Assembly (NCBI GenBank): GCA_016840165.1
Contig: JAEOSU010000032.1
Coordinates: 1 to 64,000 of the forward strand
From: Promethearchaeota archaeon
GTDB lineage: Archaea > Asgardarchaeota > Lokiarchaeia > Sigyniarchaeales > SOKP01
Direction: 5' to 3'
DNA: 64,000 bases
This document shows, one piece after another, positions 10,929 to 21,863 of the stretch (the stretch's first letter is position 1; each line of letters starts with the position of its first letter). Under the pieces are notes generated by a model, which did no database searches, was not told the DNA's origin, and worked only from the letters and a program-made list of their open reading frames with translations. A program made the position numbers and the translations under genes.

Positions 10929-13157
10929 ATGTATTTATTTAAAGATCAAGATGAAGTAGAAATTAAGTATTCTTGTAAGATTTGTTTAAAAGATATCCCA
11001 TTTAAAATAACCAAAGAGGAATATAAGGATACTACCAAATTTCCCATCAAAAAAGAATCACTTCATGGGGATCCTGAACATAAACTAATAGTATATTTCA
11101 ATCAATACTTAGAAGTTGAAAACTTTGAAATTAAGCATACTGTAAAGCGTGAAGAAGTATCTTATTCTGAGGAATTAACGCGACAAGTTTTAAGTGAGCT
11201 TGATTTAACAAGCAAAGAAATTGAATTATATTTTAGAACCACTGGCAGAGAAGCAGTTTCAGTGGGTGAAATGGCGCTTTTAATTAATGAACCAAAAGAA
11301 ACATGCCAAAAAATCGCAGAAAAATTCATAGAAAAAGGACTTTTCAAAGAAATAGTCGGAGCACAGCCTCATTATACTGCCCTCCCACCATATGCGGCTT
11401 TAGTCAGCCAACTGAGGAAGTTCCGTAGTTATATCTCCGATATTAAAACTAGTATCCCTCAACAATTAAATCAATCATTTGCTCAATTGGAAGGGAAAAC
11501 TGCTGCACCAAAAGTAGCAGTAAAACCCGAAGATTCAAGTAAACTCATGAAAGAACTGAAGGAAAATATGCTGACGCAAATTCAATCACAAAAGAAAGAG
11601 TTTGATGAAACTTTAGCAGTCATGGATCAAATTCGAGGAATAACAAAAGATATTTCTAGTTTAGAAGGAGTGACTGACAAAATTGTAGAAAGTCCACAAT
11701 TAGGTAATCTCTCTTCAAAATTCGATGAAATTAATAAGAAAACTTCTCAAATCATAAAGGATCAAGTATCTGACCTGAAAAATGAATTTGATAATATCAA
11801 AACCACCGTTTCTGGTAATCTCCAAAAACTAAGATTGGGTGTTATTCAACAAACTGTCGACCAAGTCCTCGATAAAGTAGTGAATGCTCGCCTAAAAGAT
11901 ATTACTGATTCTATTAATGTTCAATTAAGTGTCAATCAGATGGCTTTTACTGATGAGTTAAAGAAGGCATCAACAGGAGTGAATACTGAAATTGTTTCAA
12001 AATTAAAAGACTCTTTAAAAGATGCTTTAAAGAACATCGATGGACTCGCAACCAAAGCAGAGCAAGACAAAGAAAAGATCTATTCGGATATTGCAGAAAA
12101 TTTTAATAAAGCGGTTCAAATGGCTGAGGAAAAAATTGAAGGAATTTCTGGAAGTGCTTTTGAGGGTCTTGGAGATTTGAAAGATACATTTTCGAATCAG
12201 ATAGTGAAGACTCTTGATGATACATTGGATGATATCCTTAACAGGTTAGAAACTTCTGAGAAAGTAACCAAGGAATTCTGGGATCAAGCTAGAACTGGAC
12301 GAGGATTTACTATGAAGGATATCTGGTTTATCAGGTCTCCAGAAAGTGCTAAAGCTCACATAAATGAAGAGATCTCGAAAGCAAAAATGCGAGTATTGAT
12401 TGTTGCACCACTCTTAACCGATATTGATATTGATGCGATTAAGAGCCGGCCTTCTCACGTGAATTTTAGAATTGCTACAAATTTTAACCTTGCGGATCCT
12501 GCCCATGCTTCGATTATCAATGAATTCGACAAAATGGACAATGTAGATTACCGACAGCGCGGATTACAAAATTTATGGGGCATTAACAAGGATTATGAGG
12601 AAGTAATTATCTGTGTATTATCTAAAACGGAAATTAAGGGTGATACTATAACAGAAATAGCAGGAATCGGCAGTATTATCGAAGAACATATTAAGATATT
12701 TGTCCCAATACTCGAGGAGGCTTGGATGTCTGCAAGAAAGGAAGTTGTTCATGGAATTAAGCAAGAGGTACTTCAAAAAGCAGCTCCTGAGACGCCTCAA
12801 CCACGAGTTCTTCCAAAACCAGAAGTGGAAATACCAAAACCCGCGGAGAAGGAACCAGTAAAAGAGTTAGAAGAACCTCTTCCTGCTGAAAAACCATCAC
12901 CCGAAGCTCAGGCTCTTCTGAAAAAGCAGTTTGATTTAATTTTTGATGGAATTGAGACTTTGACAGGATTAGAAATTTCAAAGGCTCTCGAGAAATTTCA
13001 GAATGAATACATTAAGAAATTAGGATATAATAGTATACTTAAAAATATTCATAATACTAGTACCGATCTTCGCAGCAAAACCTATGTGCTCAGTCAGTCA
13101 GAAAGGGAAGACATTAAAATGAAAATGAAATTTTGGGTTCAAAAACTCGGTTTTTAA
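10929..13157 (+). CDS. TrmB-like HTH protein with N-terminal CxxC/His motif, long coiled-coil insert and PLD-like effector domain
   Basis: LDLTSKEIELY...KFIEKGLF...YTALPP resembles the TrmB HTH; ~300 aa amphipathic helical region; AHINEEISKAKMRVLIVAP resembles the TrmB C-terminal/PLD-like fold; Pro/Glu-rich linker. Confidence 0.55.
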   Translation: MYLFKDQDEVEIKYSCKICLKDIPFKITKEEYKDTTKFPIKKESLHGDPEHKLIVYFNQYLEVENFEIKHTVKREEVSYSEELTRQVLSELDLTSKEIELYFRTTGREAVSVGEMALLINEPKETCQKIAEKFIEKGLFKEIVGAQPHYTALPPYAALVSQLRKFRSYISDIKTSIPQQLNQSFAQLEGKTAAPKVAVKPEDSSKLMKELKENMLTQIQSQKKEFDETLAVMDQIRGITKDISSLEGVTDKIVESPQLGNLSSKFDEINKKTSQIIKDQVSDLKNEFDNIKTTVSGNLQKLRLGVIQQTVDQVLDKVVNARLKDITDSINVQLSVNQMAFTDELKKASTGVNTEIVSKLKDSLKDALKNIDGLATKAEQDKEKIYSDIAENFNKAVQMAEEKIEGISGSAFEGLGDLKDTFSNQIVKTLDDTLDDILNRLETSEKVTKEFWDQARTGRGFTMKDIWFIRSPESAKAHINEEISKAKMRVLIVAPLLTDIDIDAIKSRPSHVNFRIATNFNLADPAHASIINEFDKMDNVDYRQRGLQNLWGINKDYEEVIICVLSKTEIKGDTITEIAGIGSIIEEHIKIFVPILEEAWMSARKEVVHGIKQEVLQKAAPETPQPRVLPKPEVEIPKPAEKEPVKELEEPLPAEKPSPEAQALLKKQFDLIFDGIETLTGLEISKALEKFQNEYIKKLGYNSILKNIHNTSTDLRSKTYVLSQSEREDIKMKMKFWVQKLGF

Positions 13158-13208
13158 CCCCTCCTTAAATATAACAAAACTATTATTTTAGACTTTCTTT
13201 TTCTTTTT

Positions 13209-14204
13209 ATGGTACAAGAAGTAATTACTGTTAATTCGGGAAAGATTTACGATTATCTCGATCATATCGATGTTAGAGCCTATGGAAAACCACGTATGCT
13301 CTCGGTTTACTTAATTGAATTCGATAATGGATCGATTCTATTCGACTGTGGTTCGTCATTAGATACGAAGAAAATATTACGTTATTTTAGAAACAATCAT
13401 GTTCCTTTAGATTCGTTTCGATATTTAGTTACCTCACACCATCACTTTGATCATAATGGAGGAATGTATCTCCTTTATGCTAAGCTCAAAAAATATAACC
13501 CTAATGTGAAAATCTTAACCAATAAAATAACCATGAACTTACTTAATAATTATGAAGAACATTTAAACAGAGCGAAGCGAACTTATGGAGATTTAATTGG
13601 AACAATGAAACCTATTGAGAAAAATGCATTTAAAATAATAGAACCTAGTAAAAATTTTAGCTCTGACGTTAATAAGCTTGAAATTATTGATAGTTTCTAT
13701 AAAAATAATAATGAAATTAAATTGGGTATTTTCCATACCCCAGGTCACACCCCAGATCATCAATGTCCATTCTTAATTAGGAATAATGAATTAGAATTTA
13801 TATTTTGGGGCGAAGCGGTTGGAACGATTTACCATGCATCTAAATTGTTGACAATGCCTACTTCTATGCCTACGTATTTTAATTATAATGAATTTATGGA
13901 AACATTAGCCAATCTTAAAAAATTGAATCCTCTAAAAGCAGGATTTGGTCATTTTGGGGTCATTAATGGAAAAGAAAATGTGAGAAAGATCTTAATTGAA
14001 CATGAGATGTTTCTTAAGAAATTTAGAGAGGAAATTATACTAGCTTATCAAGAGAAGCCTGAGACAAAGCATGTAATGGAAAAAATATTTCCACTTTTAA
14101 CTCCAAGGACTGATTTAAACATTGAAGGCAACTCTATCTTCAATGGTATCGCGTTGGGTATTGTGTATGGCATGATGATGGATTTAGGATATAGAAAAGC
14201 ATAA
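13209..14204 (+). CDS. MBL-fold metallo-hydrolase
   Basis: SHHHFDHNGG, TPGHTPDH, GHFG metal-binding motifs. Confidence 0.9.
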   Translation: MVQEVITVNSGKIYDYLDHIDVRAYGKPRMLSVYLIEFDNGSILFDCGSSLDTKKILRYFRNNHVPLDSFRYLVTSHHHFDHNGGMYLLYAKLKKYNPNVKILTNKITMNLLNNYEEHLNRAKRTYGDLIGTMKPIEKNAFKIIEPSKNFSSDVNKLEIIDSFYKNNNEIKLGIFHTPGHTPDHQCPFLIRNNELEFIFWGEAVGTIYHASKLLTMPTSMPTYFNYNEFMETLANLKKLNPLKAGFGHFGVINGKENVRKILIEHEMFLKKFREEIILAYQEKPETKHVMEKIFPLLTPRTDLNIEGNSIFNGIALGIVYGMMMDLGYRKA

Positions 14205-14209
14205 TCTTT

Positions 14210-15097
14210 TTATTTAATAAGCCCCATTGTTTTTAATCCATCGATAAACCACTGTATTTCAAATTCTAATCCGTGAATATTCTCCCTTGTATGAATGCTT
14301 GACTCTGGAATGAATTTCTCATGATATTTTAATGAAATGTAGTTTAAAGAGGGATCCTCGTTGTACCATTTGATAATTGATGTTTTAACATCTAAATGAA
14401 AATCTTTTGTATTATCCATAATATCATTGAGCTCTTCACCTTTCCAGACGCCAAAATGAGCCAGGGATATTGAATCCAACTTATCTCTCATATCTTTTAA
14501 CTTATTTAAGGTTTTGAAATATTCAGATTCATTAAAATCTGGTGGCACAAATTCGGGCATTATAGTCTGATGATCGAGCTTATCAATTATGGCATCTCCT
14601 ACAAATAGATTCCGGTTTTTCTTATCGAAAATGGCAATCGAATCATGAGTATGACCAAAAAAATTAAACACTTCTAATTTCAACCCATTTAAATCAATAA
14701 TATCCCCCTCTTTTAAAGGTGTAACATCTTTAATTGGATCTATTGTATATCCAAAATACTTATTCATCGCTTCTGGTAATTCGAGATTTTGTATTGCATT
14801 TTCTGAGGCTAAAACTTCTATATTATTTTCATTCATTAACTTCTTAAATTTTTCAACTCCTTGTACATGATCAAAATGGCTATGTGTTAATAGAATTTTA
14901 TGAATTGGGTATAGTCCAAAATTTCTCAATTTTTTTATTACTTTTCTAACGGCTAATTCATCACCTATATCAATCATCATTCGCATTCCTTTATTTTCAA
15001 TGACATAAAGTGAAAGCTGTCCTGGCAATCGAAAAACCATCCCATCAATGAGATAAGAATTATCATTAAATTTTCCTTCAGAATTTAGAAAGACCAT
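14210..15097 (-). CDS. MBL-fold metallo-hydrolase
   Basis: THSHFDHVQG, GHTHDS, FVGDA, AHFG motifs. Confidence 0.9.
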   Translation of the reverse strand: MVFLNSEGKFNDNSYLIDGMVFRLPGQLSLYVIENKGMRMMIDIGDELAVRKVIKKLRNFGLYPIHKILLTHSHFDHVQGVEKFKKLMNENNIEVLASENAIQNLELPEAMNKYFGYTIDPIKDVTPLKEGDIIDLNGLKLEVFNFFGHTHDSIAIFDKKNRNLFVGDAIIDKLDHQTIMPEFVPPDFNESEYFKTLNKLKDMRDKLDSISLAHFGVWKGEELNDIMDNTKDFHLDVKTSIIKWYNEDPSLNYISLKYHEKFIPESSIHTRENIHGLEFEIQWFIDGLKTMGLIK

Positions 15098-15191
15098 TCT
15101 TTACTCCCCTATTTTTTTAATTGGTTTAATTGCCAATAATATTTAAAATGATTCCCATATAATTTAAAATGAGATTGCTTCTTCTATTATT

Positions 15192-16403
15192 ATGATGACT
15201 GATTCTGTTGAAGAATTCGATATATGCATAGTGGGTGCTAGCATTGCGGGAAATTATTTGAGTCATTTATTGTCGAAAACAGATTTAAAGGTCGTAATTA
15301 TAGAGGAGCATGAGGATATTGGCTTGCCCTTACAATGTGCTGGAATTATCTCCCAGAAAATCTCTAAACTAATAAATCTCCCCAATAAAATAATAAAAAA
15401 TAGAGTAAGAATAGCAAAACTAGTATCTCCAACCGGTAATTCTATTGAATTGTCCGGTAATGAAACTCCTTTTATCATAGATAGGGTTTTGTTAGATAAA
15501 CACTTTTATGCCCTTGCTAAAACCAATGATAATCTTCGTTTTTATTTAGGAGAAAGAGTTAAATCGTTATCAATTAATAAAGAGACGCCCAACCAATCGA
15601 TTACTATTACCACACCAAGAAGAATATTAAAAGCCAAATTGCTTGTCGGATGTGATGGACCTATTTCTTTCGTTGGAAACTTTCTAAATATCCGAAATAA
15701 ATTGTTATACGCTACCCAAATTCGAATTAAAGCTCAATTTAGCGAGAATAAAGCGGTTTTAATCTTTAATCCCCGATGGAAAGAATTGTTCGGTTGGATT
15801 GTTCCTGAAGGCGATAAAATTTTTCGAATTGGAATAGCATGTTCGAGTCAAATTCGAGAAAATTTTATGCTCCTATTAGAGAGTCTAAATATTGACTATC
15901 AGGATAGAATAGACCAGCAAGGGGGTTTGATTCCCTATGGGATGATGAATAATTGTGCATTTGATAATATTATTCTACTTGGAGACTCAGCAGGACAAGT
16001 AAAAGCAACAACTGGAGGTGGAATAGTTATGCTTATTACTGCAGCAAAGATCGCAAGTAAATGTATACAAAAAGCCTTTAATGCTAAAGATTTCTCCAAA
16101 AAATTCCTTAAAAATCATTATGAGTTGCCTTGTAAGAAATCCATAGGGAGAGAATTAAAAATTCATTTTCTCATTAGGAAAATTTTAGAATTATTTGATA
16201 AAAATGATTTTGATTCTTTTTTTAAGATAGTAAAGGAATATCAAATTGAAAAGATAATCTCAGTCTATGGTGATATGGATTTCCCAAGAGAGTTGGTTAA
16301 TAAGATGTTGAAAAATCCGATAATCATCAAATTTTTACTAAAATTTATTATTCGAAAGCCAATTCATTTAGTGAAGTTTCTTTTTATATCTTTAAGGTTT
16401 TAA
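15192..16403 (+). CDS. Geranylgeranyl reductase family FAD oxidoreductase (DGGGPL reductase-like)
   Basis: N-terminal dinucleotide fold, GLPLQCAG, CDG, FGWIVP, LLGDSAGQVKATTGGGI. Confidence 0.85.
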   Translation: MMTDSVEEFDICIVGASIAGNYLSHLLSKTDLKVVIIEEHEDIGLPLQCAGIISQKISKLINLPNKIIKNRVRIAKLVSPTGNSIELSGNETPFIIDRVLLDKHFYALAKTNDNLRFYLGERVKSLSINKETPNQSITITTPRRILKAKLLVGCDGPISFVGNFLNIRNKLLYATQIRIKAQFSENKAVLIFNPRWKELFGWIVPEGDKIFRIGIACSSQIRENFMLLLESLNIDYQDRIDQQGGLIPYGMMNNCAFDNIILLGDSAGQVKATTGGGIVMLITAAKIASKCIQKAFNAKDFSKKFLKNHYELPCKKSIGRELKIHFLIRKILELFDKNDFDSFFKIVKEYQIEKIISVYGDMDFPRELVNKMLKNPIIIKFLLKFIIRKPIHLVKFLFISLRF

Positions 16404-16471
16404 GGAAATAAACTATATAAAGTTTTAAAATGAGATGTATATATAATAAATACTTTTAATTGATGAAATAA

Positions 16472-17650
16472 ATGGAGTGTCGAGAAAGAGTTTTAGCAGC
16501 TTTAAATTTAGAAGAACCCGATAGAGTTCCTTGCCATACTATTCTAATTGATGCGAATAACGTCGATGAAATATTAGGAACACCACAGCTTTCTGATTTC
16601 GATTTATTAGCACAAATTAAAGAGAGTAATCCCGAAAATTGGAGAGAAGAAATAAGCGATCTAATTGAAAGTGTAGAGACTTCTATTTTCTCCCGTTGCG
16701 TTGAGGCAGCAGCAGCTATTGGGCTTGATGCGATGCAAGTTGGTATTGTACCTCTTCGGTTCGTTGATGTTCCGGGCGATAATCGGGATTTAATGAAAGA
16801 TATTTTTGGTAGAATATGGGAAGCACGCGATAATGAAGGAAACTTTAATCCATATTATTTATATGGAACAACTGATTCAATAGAAAAATGGAAGGAAGTC
16901 AAAGAATATCTAGAGGGTCCCGCAATAGAAAAATATAAGCCATTTGTTAAGAAATTTTACCGGCGTATTAATAAAAAGCATAAAGATAAAATTTTTGTCT
17001 TGGTAACCAATGATTTAGCGGGCGTGTTTGAAAGTGCTTCTCAAGGATTAGGAATGAAGTTTTTCGCAAAGATGTTGCATAAAAATCCTAAATTTATTAA
17101 AGAAGTGCACGATTCTATTGCAGAGTTTACAGCTGAACTATATAAAAGCTATATGGAAGTTGGAGCGGAAGTTTTCATAGAATCAGGAGACTTAGCTTAT
17201 AAAACAGGTCCAATGATGAGCCCTAAGAAATTCTATGAAGTGTTATTACCCGCATATAAAACTATCACCGATACAGTCCATGAGGGTGGAGGTAAAATAG
17301 TCTTGCACACCGATGGTCACGTTACACCATTATTAGACTTTGTTATCGATTGTGGTTTTGATGGGCTTCAATCATTAGAACCAACTGCGAACGTGAATTT
17401 AGCAGAAGTGAAAAAGAAGACTGTAGGAAAAATCTGCCTGATGGGGAACATCGACGTGGCACACACACTCGTTTATGGGACAAAAGAAGAGGTATATAAT
17501 GATGTAAAATATGCGATCAAAACTGCTGGTCCTGGGGGAGGTTTCATGGTAAGTGCTGCAAATATGCATCCTGCAGTCAAGGTTCCTAATCTTCGCTGGA
17601 TGGTAGAAGCCACTAAAAAATTTGGAGAATATCCTCTAAAATTTGATTAA
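16472..17650 (+). CDS. Uroporphyrinogen decarboxylase-family protein (MtaA/CmuA-like methyltransferase fold)
   Basis: RERVLAALNLEEPDRVP, DLAYKTGPMMSP, LHTDG, CLMGNID, GPGGGF. Confidence 0.85.
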   Translation: MECRERVLAALNLEEPDRVPCHTILIDANNVDEILGTPQLSDFDLLAQIKESNPENWREEISDLIESVETSIFSRCVEAAAAIGLDAMQVGIVPLRFVDVPGDNRDLMKDIFGRIWEARDNEGNFNPYYLYGTTDSIEKWKEVKEYLEGPAIEKYKPFVKKFYRRINKKHKDKIFVLVTNDLAGVFESASQGLGMKFFAKMLHKNPKFIKEVHDSIAEFTAELYKSYMEVGAEVFIESGDLAYKTGPMMSPKKFYEVLLPAYKTITDTVHEGGGKIVLHTDGHVTPLLDFVIDCGFDGLQSLEPTANVNLAEVKKKTVGKICLMGNIDVAHTLVYGTKEEVYNDVKYAIKTAGPGGGFMVSAANMHPAVKVPNLRWMVEATKKFGEYPLKFD

Positions 17651-17682
17651 AATTTTAATTTGATGCTACTCATTAATTTTGT

Positions 17683-18048
17683 TTATGGTGATACCGCTGA
17701 AAAGAAGGCAATTTCATTAAATAATATATACCAAATAATCATAAAAACAATTACTACTCCCGATGAGATTGCGCCAAACCATTTTACACCTCTGGGAATT
17801 CCTAAATCTTCATTCTTACGTTGTACAATCGCTCGAACCCCAGCAACTAAATAGATCAAGGTTAGAATTAAAGAAACAAACCATAAAAACAATATAAATA
17901 ATGTAAGGGTGTAGATTGGTTGACCCTCCCATGTAATTGCGTTAATAAATTGCCAATATGTCACTATCAAATATGTTGGGATTGACCCATAAACTGCAGC
18001 ACTAAGAAAAGAAACTACACTCCATAAATATCCTCTAGCTGAAGACAT
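17683..18048 (-). CDS. Small hypothetical membrane protein (3 TM)
   Basis: 121 aa ORF with three hydrophobic segments, filling the space between genes. Confidence 0.65.
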   Translation of the reverse strand: MSSARGYLWSVVSFLSAAVYGSIPTYLIVTYWQFINAITWEGQPIYTLTLFILFLWFVSLILTLIYLVAGVRAIVQRKNEDLGIPRGVKWFGAISSGVVIVFMIIWYILFNEIAFFSAVSP

Positions 18049-18185
18049 ATATCTCTAACCTTTTTTATGAAACTTTATTCGTTTTATTCGAGTCTTATTA
18101 ATTATATTTTCAATAATTTATAAGATTTGTATCTATAGATTGTAAACAAAAATAAATAAAAAAATTAAATAAATTAATGGTTTTA

Positions 18186-19883
18186 TCAGTGAAGAAAAGT
18201 TCCTAAAAGTCCCAGAAAGCCTTGGTATGGTGCAAATGTAGAAACTACCATGACAAATAATATCGCAGCGATTAATGTACCCGCAATTGTATTCCCTGTT
18301 TTCTTATAAGTGTACACTGAAATGCCAGCAATGAGAAAATTAAGAGGAATCGCAATGGGCATCATTACACCAAAATAGAATAAATTACCCACTAAAGCGC
18401 TGATTAAAAGGATATAAAACGTGAAATAGGTTAAAAGAACTCCGAAGTGGATAAGTATTGCTTTTAGAGTGCCTTTTTGTGTTCTTTGAATTTTCGATTG
18501 AATAACAAATTGGAAAAGAATACTAAAAACTAAGAACATCAGAAATGCTATTACAAAATAGATTGCATCAACCCATGCTTTCGAAATAGAAGGGATCATT
18601 CCCACATAATTTAATCCTATAGAAGAATATAAAACCAGATATAACAGTGTAATAAGTATAAAACCATATAGAATAGATTTACCGATATCGGATATTGGAC
18701 TTTTGAAGGGAATTTTTAGCATATTCAGTAGAGGGGTGTCATTCTTTTTGCCAAGTCTCCAAAGTAGAATTAATATTCCAAATATTTGACCAAAAAGCAT
18801 AGTGAGAACAAAGCCAACTATAGCTAATGGAATAGGAAGAAATATCCAAATAATTATAAATATTCCTACTATCCCTAACGGAATTGAATATAATAATGAT
18901 TTAATCGCTATTTTATTAGCAGTGATATCCCTGATTTCGATTTTTAATTCATCTTCGGTATCTTTATCATTAAATTTCATTAGTTTTGAAATAGGTTCAA
19001 GTAACATAATAAATAATCCTATTCCCCCAATCACTTGAATTACAAGGATTAATAATCTAACGTTGCCATAGAAATTCTCCTCTGGAGTATTCGTATCTGG
19101 AAAAGTGTTTATTATCCAATCCCGCGCTTGTCTGGTAAAATCTGTGTCCCATGCAACTGCTAAATGATTACTATTATCGTCTAAATATATTTTTGTTGCG
19201 TTTCCCGTCTCAAATGATCCATATAATTGATTAGTATCTATTAAAGAGACACTTAATTCCGTCCTTTGTGCCACTGAAGCTTTTAAATAATCTAAATCTT
19301 GGACTTCATCAAATTTTGCTTTAATCATAAGTACGTTCAAGGGATCCGTGGAAGTGCCCTTACGAATATCACCTAAACTTGTTCCAACCCCGATAAACGC
19401 TTTAAAATCAGTACTTTGATTTACAATCAAGTTTCCAGGACCTCCCCCCATACTATAGCCAATATATGCAAGATTATTGGTATCGATGTCAGTGCGGCTA
19501 TTTAAATAATTAATTATAGCTTCGACATCATTGATAAGGTTGCCTCTTTCCAAACTCCCAGTACTCTGCCCATGTCCTCTAAAATCAAAAGGAACAGCTA
19601 CAAAACCTGCAGCGGCTAATTCTAAAGCATAACCCTTCATCATTTCCTTATTTGCCATAAATCCATGGCCAATTAGAACTGCTTTTTTATTTGATTCCTC
19701 ACTGTTTGTCGGCTCAAATACATTGAAAGAAATAAATACGCCATCATCCGTTGTCGCTGTTAATCCATATGTACTTTTTACATTAAATGGAGTGATAAAG
19801 ATAAAGATGGTACCAACTATAAATAAACCTAAGAATACGCAGAATAAGAGTAACTTTTTTTTTGAAAGATTGAATTTATTCAT
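18186..19883 (-). CDS. Alpha/beta-hydrolase with N-terminal anchor and multi-pass C-terminal membrane domain
   Basis: GHG oxyanion motif, DFRGHGQS, GYSMGG nucleophile elbow, NSNH; about 8 TM helices in the C-terminal half. Confidence 0.85.
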   Translation of the reverse strand: MNKFNLSKKKLLLFCVFLGLFIVGTIFIFITPFNVKSTYGLTATTDDGVFISFNVFEPTNSEESNKKAVLIGHGFMANKEMMKGYALELAAAGFVAVPFDFRGHGQSTGSLERGNLINDVEAIINYLNSRTDIDTNNLAYIGYSMGGGPGNLIVNQSTDFKAFIGVGTSLGDIRKGTSTDPLNVLMIKAKFDEVQDLDYLKASVAQRTELSVSLIDTNQLYGSFETGNATKIYLDDNSNHLAVAWDTDFTRQARDWIINTFPDTNTPEENFYGNVRLLILVIQVIGGIGLFIMLLEPISKLMKFNDKDTEDELKIEIRDITANKIAIKSLLYSIPLGIVGIFIIIWIFLPIPLAIVGFVLTMLFGQIFGILILLWRLGKKNDTPLLNMLKIPFKSPISDIGKSILYGFILITLLYLVLYSSIGLNYVGMIPSISKAWVDAIYFVIAFLMFLVFSILFQFVIQSKIQRTQKGTLKAILIHFGVLLTYFTFYILLISALVGNLFYFGVMMPIAIPLNFLIAGISVYTYKKTGNTIAGTLIAAILFVMVVSTFAPYQGFLGLLGTFLH

Positions 19884-20010
19884 AATTTAATATTTCAACG
19901 TCATTCTATATAAAAGAATTAATCCAAATATGCAATACATTCCAATATGCCCTAATTTTTAATTTATAGTAGAATGTGAAGATAAAAAAAAAGGAAATAA
20001 TAATTGATTT

Positions 20011-21711
20011 TTAATTGATGAAATTAAAAATAAATTCTATCATATTCTGAAGTGATGCTGCCGTACCAATTAATAGCGATATAAAGACACAAGAAGCAAT
20101 AGATCCAGCAATAATATTCCCCGAACTTCTATATGAAACAGTCCAGATCAAAGTAGCAAGTAGAAAAACAACACTAGCTATTGGAATTAAAAACCCAAAG
20201 TAAAAGAAACTCCTTATTATTAATGAGAGCACTAATACATAGACAAATGTATATATCATCATAAACATATATGTAAGGAGGGTGACTTTTGCAATACTTT
20301 TATTAGAATTATTAAATTTTGGCTGAAGGGTGTATTGATAAACTAAACCGAAAATCATGAATGTGAAGAAAAATAATACCATGTATACCGGAATCCATAA
20401 AACCTTGGTAAGTGAAGGGACAAATGAAAAATAATTCATCCCAATGGATAAGTGCAAGATAATTATAATGATTGATGCTAATATTACCCCCAAGAGAATA
20501 TGCCTTAATGATTCAAGTCTATCACCTTTAAATGGTTTTCCAAGAACTGATCGAAATGATAGATCCTGTCTTTTCCCCAATCGCCACAAGTAAAGTAACT
20601 GAGCAAATGCTTGACCAAAAAATAGGCTAACCAAAAATCCAAATAAAGCTAATCCGAGTGGTATATTAATAATTAACATAATAAATATCCCAGGGAAACC
20701 TAAGAGTAGGGAAAATGCTAAAATTTTTAATGAAAATTTTTTTATAGATAAATCAGGTGTTTCAATGATGTGCATCTCTCTTTCTTCTTCTTTTTTAGGA
20801 ACTATGATTTCACTTAATGGTTTAATTAAACTTAAGAAGAATCCAATTCCCCCAATAATTTGAATTACAAGAATTATTAACCTAATATTACCATAAAAAT
20901 TCTCATCAGTTTGAATCACATCTGGGAAGGAATTAATTACCCATGTTTTTACCTCTCTCACGAAGTCAGTATCCCAGTATGAAGACAAATGATTAGAGTT
21001 ATCGTCATAATAGATTTTTGAGGCATTACCCATCTCAAAACTACCATACAGTTTCTGAACGTTTACATCTTCAACTGGTCTATTGATTCTTTCTGCGAAG
21101 GGTATTTTAATTTCATCCACTTCAATTAGTTCATCAAATTTTCCTACAACCATGAGAACGTTTAAAGGATTTGAGGAATTTCCCCTCCTCAAAGAAGAAC
21201 TATTGTATAAAAATGTCGCAGTTCCTAAAAAACATTTAAAATCTAAATCATTATTCACTAAGGATTGGCCAATACCCCCCATTGAAAAACCTACATATCC
21301 AAGATTATTAATATCAATGTCTCCTCGTGAATTTAAATACTGCTTTATTGCTATTATATCTTCTAGCAATGATCCTCCACCGATAGGTCCAGTACTTTGT
21401 CCATGTCCCCTAAAGTCTAATGTTACTGCGACAAATCCTGCTGCAGCAACTTCAATAGCATAACTATTCATTAATTCTTTATTTCCAAGTACACCATGTC
21501 CCATTATTACAGCTTTTTTATTATTTCCACCATCAATTGGTTCAAAGACATTAAAAGAAATTAAAACTCCGTCTGAGGTTGTTGTTGTAAGATTATAGGT
21601 CCTTTTTACGTTAAATGGTGTGATAAACATGAAAATAGTACTTACACCGAATAAAGCAAGGAAAGTCATGATAAGTGCGCTCTGCTTTTTTGATAGATTT
21701 AATTTGTTCAT
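20011..21711 (-). CDS. Alpha/beta-hydrolase with multi-pass membrane domain, tandem paralog of 18186..19883
   Basis: DFRGHGQS, GFSMGG, DDNSNH, ENFYGNxRL shared with the neighbour. Confidence 0.85.
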   Translation of the reverse strand: MNKLNLSKKQSALIMTFLALFGVSTIFMFITPFNVKRTYNLTTTTSDGVLISFNVFEPIDGGNNKKAVIMGHGVLGNKELMNSYAIEVAAAGFVAVTLDFRGHGQSTGPIGGGSLLEDIIAIKQYLNSRGDIDINNLGYVGFSMGGIGQSLVNNDLDFKCFLGTATFLYNSSSLRRGNSSNPLNVLMVVGKFDELIEVDEIKIPFAERINRPVEDVNVQKLYGSFEMGNASKIYYDDNSNHLSSYWDTDFVREVKTWVINSFPDVIQTDENFYGNIRLIILVIQIIGGIGFFLSLIKPLSEIIVPKKEEEREMHIIETPDLSIKKFSLKILAFSLLLGFPGIFIMLIINIPLGLALFGFLVSLFFGQAFAQLLYLWRLGKRQDLSFRSVLGKPFKGDRLESLRHILLGVILASIIIIILHLSIGMNYFSFVPSLTKVLWIPVYMVLFFFTFMIFGLVYQYTLQPKFNNSNKSIAKVTLLTYMFMMIYTFVYVLVLSLIIRSFFYFGFLIPIASVVFLLATLIWTVSYRSSGNIIAGSIASCVFISLLIGTAASLQNMIEFIFNFIN

Positions 21712-21863
21712 AATATATCTATTCTCTTTTATTGTATAAAAATATATGATTTACCTATAAATGAGTCATTTAACAAAATCAATCTTTATATTATTAATGA
21801 AATATTTTTATCATCTCTAAACTTTTTAAATCCCAATTAAATAACTCTCTATTTAAAATAACA

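Noticed and set aside
13209-15097. Convergent MBL pair as beta-lactamases or a toxin-antitoxin-like unit
   Set aside because: Only generic MBL-fold motifs, no signal peptides and no evidence for specificity or coupling
16472-17650. Pyrrolysine-type recoding near the methyltransferase-like genes
   Set aside because: No in-frame TAG-interrupted mttB/mtbB/mtmB-like frames seen; both UroD-family ORFs are uninterrupted
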